Positions 56,798-64,000 of a stretch of DNA of 64,000 bases are shown here, piece after piece. The notes under the pieces were generated by a model. It was not told the DNA's origin, did not search any database, and saw only the letters and a list, made by a program, of their open reading frames with translations. Location: the IMG/VR virus record IMGVR_UViG_3300042384_000211, positions 64,001 to 128,000 of that record; one strand, given 5' to 3'. Within the stretch, counting starts at the first letter, position 1. Every line of letters starts with the position of its first letter. Both the position numbers and the translations under genes were made by a program. This DNA comes from a virus.

Positions 56798-57253
56798 TCA
56801 ATTCGATAGAGTTTTAAAGTATATGTTATTATCTGGTCCACTGGAATAAAATATAGGTTGCAGAAAGTCAGTTGTTTCTGTCAGTCCTGCTATAATAGGA
56901 GTCAATTTAAAATCACTACGCAGTAGGCCAAAAATGTCCGGACCTTTAGTATAAATGTCCTTGTAATCAACTCCCACTACAAAGGTCCATATTTTATGCA
57001 CTCCGGTATAGCTAATTCCAAATTGATAATTTTTAATATCGTCAACAATTATGTCTGTTTTAACTATATTAGGTTGTGTGCGCAGACTAAGAATCTGTAA
57101 GGTTGTTTCCCAGTTGCGTTGTTGATTTCGTTCAATTTCTTTTTTAACAGAATGTACAGTTTGCCCTGTCGGAGTTATGTCTACTAGAGTATAACCTTGA
57201 TATAAATGTAATTGATTAGTCACATTCATATTTATAGACAATAAAAAAGGCAC
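56798..57253 (-). CDS. Conserved hypothetical protein (start probably 57229)
   Basis: YTLVDITPTG...RNQQRNWET.LQ.LSLR.QP. Confidence 0.65.
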   Translation of the reverse strand: MPFLLSINMNVTNQLHLYQGYTLVDITPTGQTVHSVKKEIERNQQRNWETTLQILSLRTQPNIVKTDIIVDDIKNYQFGISYTGVHKIWTFVVGVDYKDIYTKGPDIFGLLRSDFKLTPIIAGLTETTDFLQPIFYSSGPDNNIYFKTLSN

Positions 57254-57270
57254 TGTTAAAAGTGCCTTTT
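57244..57270. terminator. Intrinsic terminator
   Basis: AAAAGGCACT-GTTAAA-AGTGCCTTTT. Confidence 0.8.
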
Positions 57271-57292
57271 AGTTTTAACTAACTAATTTAAC

Positions 57293-57628
57293 TTAGTATG
57301 TAAATGCAACTACAGTTGTACCGCTTACGCCTGAACCGTTAACTGCTGTGTTGCAGTAGCCTTGTAGGCTGTTTGCACCAGCTGAAGCAGCAGGAGCTGC
57401 ACCAGTGATAGCTACACGGAAAGCACCTGCTGCCGGTGTACCTAATAGTTCAATTGAACCAACTTGGCTAATTGCACGTACTAATTTTTCAAAGTCACTG
57501 TCTACAGCTGCATAACCAGTATGAACATCAGATAATGAAACTGTGTAGTGTGTTAAAGTACGACCTGTAATGCTTACGTTACCGCTGTCTGTTGGACGAG
57601 CCCAACCATTTGTTCTTGTTATTGCCAT
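57293..57628 (-). CDS. Probable abundant virion protein (head decoration-like)
   Basis: TAAATA, GAAA-loop hairpin, AGGAG SD, own terminator; Ala/Gly/Thr-rich. Confidence 0.55.
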   Translation of the reverse strand: MAITRTNGWARPTDSGNVSITGRTLTHYTVSLSDVHTGYAAVDSDFEKLVRAISQVGSIELLGTPAAGAFRVAITGAAPAASAGANSLQGYCNTAVNGSGVSGTTVVAFTY

Positions 57629-57674
57629 TTTATTTCTCCTAATATGTTTACGCTTTCGCGCATACTTTTATTTA

Positions 57675-58916
57675 TCATCTTGACGAGAAATTAATCCTAG
57701 AGAACTCCAAACGATCAACTAATTTAACCGCGCCGCCAGCGTGCCCAATGGCCACAAAACCTTCTGGTGCTGTTACTTTATAACCGTCATTGGTTTTTTG
57801 AAATGTACCGATACCTTCAACTTTGGTCAATTTAGCTAATAGTATACGTTTAAGTTCTATAATACGTTTATACACTGCTAATATACCCAACAATGCATTG
57901 CTGTTGTCTGCTATCCATTGTTCTTTCTCTTTGATCTTAGCTATGCGCCCTTGTGCGGCACGTCCTTCAATGCCACCCGACAGTGTTTCGATGTCTTTCA
58001 TTAACTCAGTTGTGTAATGTGTTACAAACTGTTTTAGGAATTGTGTTGGATCTGTGACCTGTGAACCTTGACGTACCATTTGATTTATGTACGGTTTAAT
58101 ATTACGAGCAAATTCTTTATTAGTTAAAATTATATCAAATCGCTGTTGTCCTACTTTATTCATAGTGTCAGCAGTTGTTTGTAGATATTGTTGTATATTG
58201 GTGTTTTCACTAGGAGTTAGACTAGCAACACCAGTATAATCTTTGTAAGTAGCATCATCAAACCATACGTTAGTGTTTGGTGCAAATGATCCAACGTTTA
58301 CACCAAATGATGCCTGCATAGTAGCTATACTATCTCCGTCGTAGCTAGTATGAAATACAATACCAATTTTAGCACGTGATATACGTTGACCTAGATTGCT
58401 GTTTACTGGTACAGCATAGGTAATAGTGTTGGGCGTAAATACATAACAAAGTTCGTTATCGATTTCAACCGTGGTAACATCACCTTCTGTAAACATTAGG
58501 TCACCTTGTACTACTCCGCCAATGCCCAATTTAGACAAGTATTTCAATGCCTGTGATAACTTGTTAGCCAGCTCTGGTTTGTCACCATAAAAGTCTAAAA
58601 TATCTTCTTGGTCTTTGCATATTTTAGGTTGAGCTTTAGCAAAAACGCTTTTGGTGCCTACGAAAAATTTACTATCTGCAGGATCGATGCCGCAGATGAT
58701 TGCAGGACTACCGTCCCACTTGACTGTTAATTGAGTTGTTGTTCCTACACCGTCAGCTAGCATTTGACGTAGACTTTCTACATAATCTAACGCAGCTTGG
58801 GCTCCTGCATACCCACTGTTAAAGATTAAATCTTCGAGATGTTCCAGGTGTGTATTTTTGGCTGATTCAGTCAGCATCCACGGAGCAGGTTGATTTTTTA
58901 CTTCAAATAGTTTCAT
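57675..58916 (-). CDS. Conserved T4-like phage protein (DUF6267-like)
   Basis: KNTHLEHLED, TVKWDGSPAI, QGDLMF, FTPNTITY, PEGFV, KLVDRLEFSR.NF. Confidence 0.75.
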   Translation of the reverse strand: MKLFEVKNQPAPWMLTESAKNTHLEHLEDLIFNSGYAGAQAALDYVESLRQMLADGVGTTTQLTVKWDGSPAIICGIDPADSKFFVGTKSVFAKAQPKICKDQEDILDFYGDKPELANKLSQALKYLSKLGIGGVVQGDLMFTEGDVTTVEIDNELCYVFTPNTITYAVPVNSNLGQRISRAKIGIVFHTSYDGDSIATMQASFGVNVGSFAPNTNVWFDDATYKDYTGVASLTPSENTNIQQYLQTTADTMNKVGQQRFDIILTNKEFARNIKPYINQMVRQGSQVTDPTQFLKQFVTHYTTELMKDIETLSGGIEGRAAQGRIAKIKEKEQWIADNSNALLGILAVYKRIIELKRILLAKLTKVEGIGTFQKTNDGYKVTAPEGFVAIGHAGGAVKLVDRLEFSRINFSSR

Positions 58917-60058
58917 TAGACAGCTACCGATGGGTTAGTTATTGTGTTAGCAGCCATTTGCGCATTTTGTCGGTTTATGGTATATTTGCGTTCAAGCCAA
59001 GCCAGAGCTTTTGGATCTTTAACCACACTATTGCCATCTGCTCCGTACCAATTTCCGTCTTGTTCGTTTTTAGTGACAATATCGCCTGAGTTTAATTTAA
59101 TCTGATTAGGTTGTAGTCCTTGTGGTTTAGGACGCCCGTCTGGGTAAGCCACCCTGCCTGTAAGTTTGTCATATTGCACCTGAAGTTCCTTAGCACGTTC
59201 TGGTTTAATCTTTTCACCTGTGTGGTCATCTCTCCAACTACCGTCTTGGAATCTGCGATAGGTGTACGTGCCAGATGCTCCGATTGCAGTAAGTTTACTA
59301 CTACTAGAATCCCACGACCATTGATCAGGTTGTACTTGTAATTGATATCCATCTACTGGAATGTTTAACTCTGCTATTTTTTTAGCAATTTCTTTTATCT
59401 TGGCATCACGTTTAGTTTTGTCAGCATATAAGCCAGTTTGCGGAATAGCTTTGGCAATTTCAGCCATAGAACTTTTTCTATTTTGTTTAGCACGTTGTAT
59501 TAGTACATCAACAATACGATTATCTTTAGATACTGTATTAGCCATTGTTCCAGCAGGTGCTTGATATCCAGCTACACGCACACCAGACTGGGCTAGTCTT
59601 GAAGCAACATACTCAGCACCCTCTGCAGGTGCTCTATTTTTAACTAATAATTTTTGAATTTCAGCTAATGAAATTGCCGGTACGGCTTCTTCTGCTTCTG
59701 CTACTTGACTCTTAGACCAATTACTGAATGACGACTTAGCCGCAGGCGCAGTTTGCGCTGTTGCCTGACGCTGTTTAATTAAATTTAATGCATCTGCTAG
59801 AGTTTTATCTAAGGCAGCTTTAATTTTAGGATCGTTAGTTAGTGCTTGTTCACCTTGTGCATTACTATATGCGGCTGTTTTACGAATATCATTATAACCA
59901 GCTTGTTGTTTTGCTTTGTTTAGCACACCTTTCATTTGATTAGCTGCGCCGGGCGCAACTACATCACCTAGACCTTTAGCAACCCCACCAGCTACTGCGC
60001 CAGCCATACTACCCAAAGTGCCTAATACACCTTCGTTTAATACTTCTTTAATCTTCAT
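58916..60058 (-). CDS. Hypothetical (putative internal head) protein
   Basis: MKIKEVLNEG N-terminus, Ala/Gln-rich. Confidence 0.6.
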   Translation of the reverse strand: MKIKEVLNEGVLGTLGSMAGAVAGGVAKGLGDVVAPGAANQMKGVLNKAKQQAGYNDIRKTAAYSNAQGEQALTNDPKIKAALDKTLADALNLIKQRQATAQTAPAAKSSFSNWSKSQVAEAEEAVPAISLAEIQKLLVKNRAPAEGAEYVASRLAQSGVRVAGYQAPAGTMANTVSKDNRIVDVLIQRAKQNRKSSMAEIAKAIPQTGLYADKTKRDAKIKEIAKKIAELNIPVDGYQLQVQPDQWSWDSSSSKLTAIGASGTYTYRRFQDGSWRDDHTGEKIKPERAKELQVQYDKLTGRVAYPDGRPKPQGLQPNQIKLNSGDIVTKNEQDGNWYGADGNSVVKDPKALAWLERKYTINRQNAQMAANTITNPSVAV

Positions 60059-60296
60059 CTTTCATTTTCCTAATGCCGCGGCTAAATTTCAGTGGGTCCT
60101 GCCCTTTAATTGCGTTCAATAGTCGACGTTCTAATTCGCCTGCTTGCTCGGCATCGTAGTTTTCACGAATGTGATTGATAAGGTTAATAGCACCGTTGAT
60201 AATGTTATTGGCGCGAGATTCTATGAGATTGGCCTTATCCTTATGTACCAGTAGCTCGTCAAGCTCTGTTAGAATACTGCGGGTGCGTTTTTGCAA
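60048..60296 (-). CDS. Conserved hypothetical protein
   Basis: TRSILTEL...IESRA.NII...ELERRLLNAIK..DP.KF.RG. Confidence 0.65.
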   Translation of the reverse strand: MQKRTRSILTELDELLVHKDKANLIESRANNIINGAINLINHIRENYDAEQAGELERRLLNAIKGQDPLKFSRGIRKMKDED

Positions 60297-60319
60297 GGTC
60301 TTACTCCAATTTAGTATAT

Positions 60320-61345
60320 TTATCGCAAGATAGATTTTATTTTATCATATAATTTATGATCATTGAGATAAGTTTTATTCATGTATTCTAATTTAGAAAT
60401 ATTTCTAATTAATGTAAGATTTTGATTTAATCGATCATAGAATTGTTCCTTAAGTACTATTTGGCGGTCTAAATCATTAATTAAATCTAAATTTCTTAAT
60501 ACTGCTTCTACACATCGTTTTCCTGGATGTTCAATATATTGATAACTATGATCAATGATATCGTCAAATATATCTAATCCAAGTTTAGCGGCTGTTTCAG
60601 CTGACTTCCATCCTCCTACCCAAATTAAAAAATGTCCTGAATATATAGACATAATAGTTTTTTCACTAAGATGATTGCCATTTTCAAAAAATGTGGGTTC
60701 TGTTATTAACGATAGTGTCGCATCTTTAAATAACTGATTATACAAACATTGATCAAAATAAGCAGTATTATCTAACATACTATCATGAAACCCGCTGGTC
60801 CTACGGTCACCCTGGCCTATCCAACGTTTAGCCAGCGTATTTGATGTATCGATAGCATAATCAGTTCCATGTAAAAATTCATCTAAGGCTATTTTATCAC
60901 ATTCGTCAGTTGAATATAATATATCTTGTGGAGACATCAAATTGGCTAATGTAGTTGACAAAATTTGTCTATTAGGTCTGATTTTGTTCATCATGGCGGT
61001 TAACTTTTTTGTAGGCCTAACAGTTGGTACACTTGTCCAATCCGGAAACTTCGTTAAGAACTCTTTAGATTCTGTAATTAAAAAATTATTTGTGTATACC
61101 GCGTGTTCTTTAGAAAAGTCATCAAAACACATATAACTATCAAACACAAAAATTTTTTTAGTATGATCAATATTAGCTGATTGAAATAAATCAAAAATGG
61201 AATTTTTAAAATAAGCTTCTTTACCCTTTATACTTGTTCGTGCATCACTAACTATAGGCATATGATCCTCAACAAATATTATATCACTGTGAACGAACTC
61301 ACTATCTAAAGATGTAGTGTGGGGGAATATTGTAGGATAATTCAT
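60320..61345 (-). CDS. Glycosyltransferase-like protein (paralog of 1843 and 9062)
   Basis: SLITEP...LSEKT...LGLDIFDDIIDHSYQ. Confidence 0.55.
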   Translation of the reverse strand: MNYPTIFPHTTSLDSEFVHSDIIFVEDHMPIVSDARTSIKGKEAYFKNSIFDLFQSANIDHTKKIFVFDSYMCFDDFSKEHAVYTNNFLITESKEFLTKFPDWTSVPTVRPTKKLTAMMNKIRPNRQILSTTLANLMSPQDILYSTDECDKIALDEFLHGTDYAIDTSNTLAKRWIGQGDRRTSGFHDSMLDNTAYFDQCLYNQLFKDATLSLITEPTFFENGNHLSEKTIMSIYSGHFLIWVGGWKSAETAAKLGLDIFDDIIDHSYQYIEHPGKRCVEAVLRNLDLINDLDRQIVLKEQFYDRLNQNLTLIRNISKLEYMNKTYLNDHKLYDKIKSILR

Positions 61346-61404
61346 ATTGTCTTGTTACCTTAGCTTGAATAGTTATTATTCTAAAAAGCAATGTATTTAT
61401 TAAA

Positions 61405-62793
61405 TCATTCTACTTTTTTAAGTCCAGCCAACATACTTTTAAGTTTACTGCTGTTTACTTCTGCATTGATTTTAGGACTGTCGTCTTTGACTGTAGACCC
61501 AGTTTTGATGTTGTTTAATACATTATTGACATTACGTGTTGCACCAAGATTGTCGCCCGACATATCTTCGCCTTCGTCGGTGATACGCATAGTTTCGATG
61601 TTGTAGGTCAAGTCAATTTTATGTCCTACACCTGTTGAACTACGTGACTTCATACACTGTAGTTGATACTTACCGCGTTCTTTCATAGCACGACTTGTAA
61701 AGATACCAAACACGTTATCAGCTGTGTTGATCTTACTAATACCACCAGCAATATGACTATGGTCAAATTCAATTTCTTCAACGGCACTACGATTCAACTG
61801 TGACGCAGTTACTAGCAAGACATTAAGTTCTTTAGCCAAGTTACGTAGTTCTTCTGCTACATATTTGTCTTTGATAAACTGATCGTTGGGATTAACTTTA
61901 ACACTCACCGGCATGACCAAATCTAAATAGTCTACCATAACAAAGTCCACACGAATACCAGTTTGAATCTGTACTTCTTTTAAGTAACTGCGAATGTCGT
62001 TGACTGTGCTCTGTGCCGGAAATCCTTTAACTTGATATTGTCCAGACTTCTTACCTACCATCTTAACTTTAAGTTCAGTTGTGTCAATGTCTTTGCGAAT
62101 GTCTTTAGTACTCATACCTGTTAACATAGCATCAGTTCTAAGACTACATAGTTCTTCACTTAACTCTAAAGTCACATACACACCACTGAGTCCGGCCTGT
62201 AGCCAACTAAGTGCAATGTTCATCATAACCAAACTCTTACCTGAACCAGAACCTCCAGCAAAAATGTTTAGCTCGCCACGACTAAAGCCACCGTAAAGTA
62301 TCTTATCCATCTGAGGCCAGCCTGTTGACACTTGACCACCACTGTTAAAGTACTTGTCAATACGTGCTCTAGGATCATTAAAATAGTTTGTGCCCATGTC
62401 TTTGGTTAGACTAATCTGCACTGCATCTTTGATCAATTTCTCAACTGGATCATAGTCACCTTTTTCTAATAGATCAGCTGCGGCCAAAATAGCACGACTG
62501 ATTTCTTGTTGTTTAGTAAAGCCTTCAAACTCAGTCATAAACCAATTATAATGATCTTCAGTTAGATCCGGTACGTGTTTAAGTGTGACTGTGGTCACTG
62601 CTTGTACTTGATCAATAGTAGGCAGTGTTCTATATTCGTCACTGTGCTGTTTGATAAATTTAGCTGCTTCACGTAGACTTCTATCGAAGTTTTCGGGATT
62701 ATAGATGTTTTGTACCCGCACGTAACTCTGCGGGTCTTGTAACATCATTTCTAAAAATAATTTTTGTAAATCGCTTGTATATTCTTTAGCCAT
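61405..62793 (-). CDS. Replicative DNA helicase (DnaB/gp41-like)
   Basis: GGSGSGKS, TLELSE, VDYLDL, TASQLNR, KSRSS. Confidence 0.93.
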   Translation of the reverse strand: MAKEYTSDLQKLFLEMMLQDPQSYVRVQNIYNPENFDRSLREAAKFIKQHSDEYRTLPTIDQVQAVTTVTLKHVPDLTEDHYNWFMTEFEGFTKQQEISRAILAAADLLEKGDYDPVEKLIKDAVQISLTKDMGTNYFNDPRARIDKYFNSGGQVSTGWPQMDKILYGGFSRGELNIFAGGSGSGKSLVMMNIALSWLQAGLSGVYVTLELSEELCSLRTDAMLTGMSTKDIRKDIDTTELKVKMVGKKSGQYQVKGFPAQSTVNDIRSYLKEVQIQTGIRVDFVMVDYLDLVMPVSVKVNPNDQFIKDKYVAEELRNLAKELNVLLVTASQLNRSAVEEIEFDHSHIAGGISKINTADNVFGIFTSRAMKERGKYQLQCMKSRSSTGVGHKIDLTYNIETMRITDEGEDMSGDNLGATRNVNNVLNNIKTGSTVKDDSPKINAEVNSSKLKSMLAGLKKVE

Positions 62794-62799
62794 AATTAA

Positions 62800-63519
62800 T
62801 TATATAATCTTTTCTTTGTGTTTGCAATTATTTCCGTGCCATCTGTTAAAATTTGTATTACTAACTTCTTTTTGACAATGTGGACATTTATTTTTTATTA
62901 GTGCTCGTTCTTTTGCTTTCTGCGATTGCAGTGCTTTTGTTTTAATAGATACCAGTTTACCTCGATGAATATCACCTATTTTTTTACATGTATCTAAAGA
63001 CCGTTTTTTTCCTGTATTTTTGGCAACTCTCTTAGCAATAGTCTCCGGTGATTGTGTTGTTCCTGTCCTTGCTTTACGAATTTTGTCCTTTGTACTGGCA
63101 GACAATGCTCTGCCTGATTGGGCCAACGACATTTTTTTTAATGTGTCTTTTGTAAATTTTTTTCGTTTCTTACCTGTGTGTGCATCTGATATCTTTTGTT
63201 TTGTTTCGTCCGAATGAACTCTTCCAATTGTACTCTTAAATCTTTTCTGTCTATAATGGCAATTTTTATTTAATAAAAGAGGATTATTCCATTGCTCATA
63301 AATTAATTTTTGTTCATAATCATATGCATCATTACCATTATCAAATTCTGCAACTACTATCCATTCAAATTCGTCAAATATAGGATTAACTTTTTTTGAT
63401 GATGTTCTATACTTCACTAAGTCATCTATTCCAGAATCTGTATTTTTCTCTCGATAGCCAATGTAAATTTCCCTTGATACTTTATGTTCACCTTTGTATA
63501 CGTAAGGTTTTGCCTTCAT
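62800..63519 (-). CDS. GIY-YIG (Seg-like) homing endonuclease with NUMOD3 repeats
   Basis: YVY...IYIGYR, HSDETKQKIS, QSPETIAKR, CPHC..RWHGNNCK. Confidence 0.85.
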   Translation of the reverse strand: MKAKPYVYKGEHKVSREIYIGYREKNTDSGIDDLVKYRTSSKKVNPIFDEFEWIVVAEFDNGNDAYDYEQKLIYEQWNNPLLLNKNCHYRQKRFKSTIGRVHSDETKQKISDAHTGKKRKKFTKDTLKKMSLAQSGRALSASTKDKIRKARTGTTQSPETIAKRVAKNTGKKRSLDTCKKIGDIHRGKLVSIKTKALQSQKAKERALIKNKCPHCQKEVSNTNFNRWHGNNCKHKEKII

Positions 63520-63539
63520 AATGTCATCCTCTTATAACA

Positions 63540-64000
63540 TTATTTATCAAACATTCTCTTTGAAAGCAATTTAATTTTTAATGCTGACGATTCTCGAGCT
63601 TGTAAAATTGAGGCTAACACGAACAGCTTACCATATTTAACCACAGCATCACTAATGTCCTTGCAGTCTGTGTCTTCTTGCCAAACAGGAAATGCTACAC
63701 TCCATCCATACTTGATGGCTGCATCTACTAACTTACTGCCACTCTTATCAGCATCAGCTACTACAATAACTTCACGGCCAAGTGCGTCAATTATGTCAGC
63801 TTGAACATCACTGACTTCATTGCCCAGCACTGCTACCCCATCTATGCTCATTGCATCAAATGGTCCTTCACAAACAACGACAAACTTCCAATCATGCAGT
63901 TGATTGTTGGTATTGAACACCATATTAGGTTCATAATGGCTGTAATACTTAGGCTTAACTCCATCAGTAAAAGCACGACTGGTATAACCTATAGTCCGTC
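63540..64000 (-). CDS. DNA primase, C-terminal TOPRIM part (5' truncated by window)
   Basis: Frame open to the window edge (IGYTSR..PKY); VCEGPFDA, DADKSG, KDISDA. Confidence 0.9.
   Translation of the reverse strand, partial: RTIGYTSRAFTDGVKPKYYSHYEPNMVFNTNNQLHDWKFVVVCEGPFDAMSIDGVAVLGNEVSDVQADIIDALGREVIVVADADKSGSKLVDAAIKYGWSVAFPVWQEDTDCKDISDAVVKYGKLFVLASILQARESSALKIKLLSKRMFDK

Noticed and set aside
1662-63217. Many 60-180 aa ORFs antisense to or nested in real genes (e.g. 5058, 15867, 25355, 29365, 43496)
   Set aside because: They are shadow frames of well-supported genes, with no SD or recognisable motifs.
1-64000. tRNA, rRNA or tmRNA genes
   Set aside because: No cloverleaf or T-loop pattern seen in the intergenic gaps by eye; tRNAscan-SE/ARAGORN would confirm.

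Overview
This is a 64-kb segment of a large, AT-rich, T4-like (myovirus/jumbo-type) dsDNA phage genome, not a bacterial chromosome. It carries primase and helicase, nrdAB with glutaredoxin, a Cas4-like exonuclease, tail/virion proteins, six free-standing homing endonucleases, repeated consensus sigma70 early promoters and TAAATA late-promoter motifs. It also has many host-derived genes: uvsE, ugd, an amidinotransferase, rpoZ, cytochrome c, ahpC, a PlcP/LpxH-like phosphoesterase, OprO/P porin, a general porin, clpS, hsp20, dnaK, rpsU, iscA and iscU. An unannotated 23-aa pqqA and the porin type point to a methylotrophic betaproteobacterial host (Methylophilaceae-like; inference). The main findings are: (1) a dispersed curli-type secretion and signalling module (csgF, csgG, curlin, FecR, curlin, a CHASE2 adenylate cyclase, two paralogous small membrane proteins, and a stand-alone copy of the cyclase C-terminal region); (2) an iscU gene interrupted by an 8-nt GGA-TGA-CA-GGT element that looks like a ribosomal bypass or an ATGA split gene; (3) the pqqA peptide; and (4) host-regulator-like cis elements, namely Pho-box-like repeats, duplicated OxyR-like boxes, a ROSE-like thermometer before dnaK, and a switch-like leader before a holin-like gene. 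All calls come from motif recognition by eye; no database searches were run.
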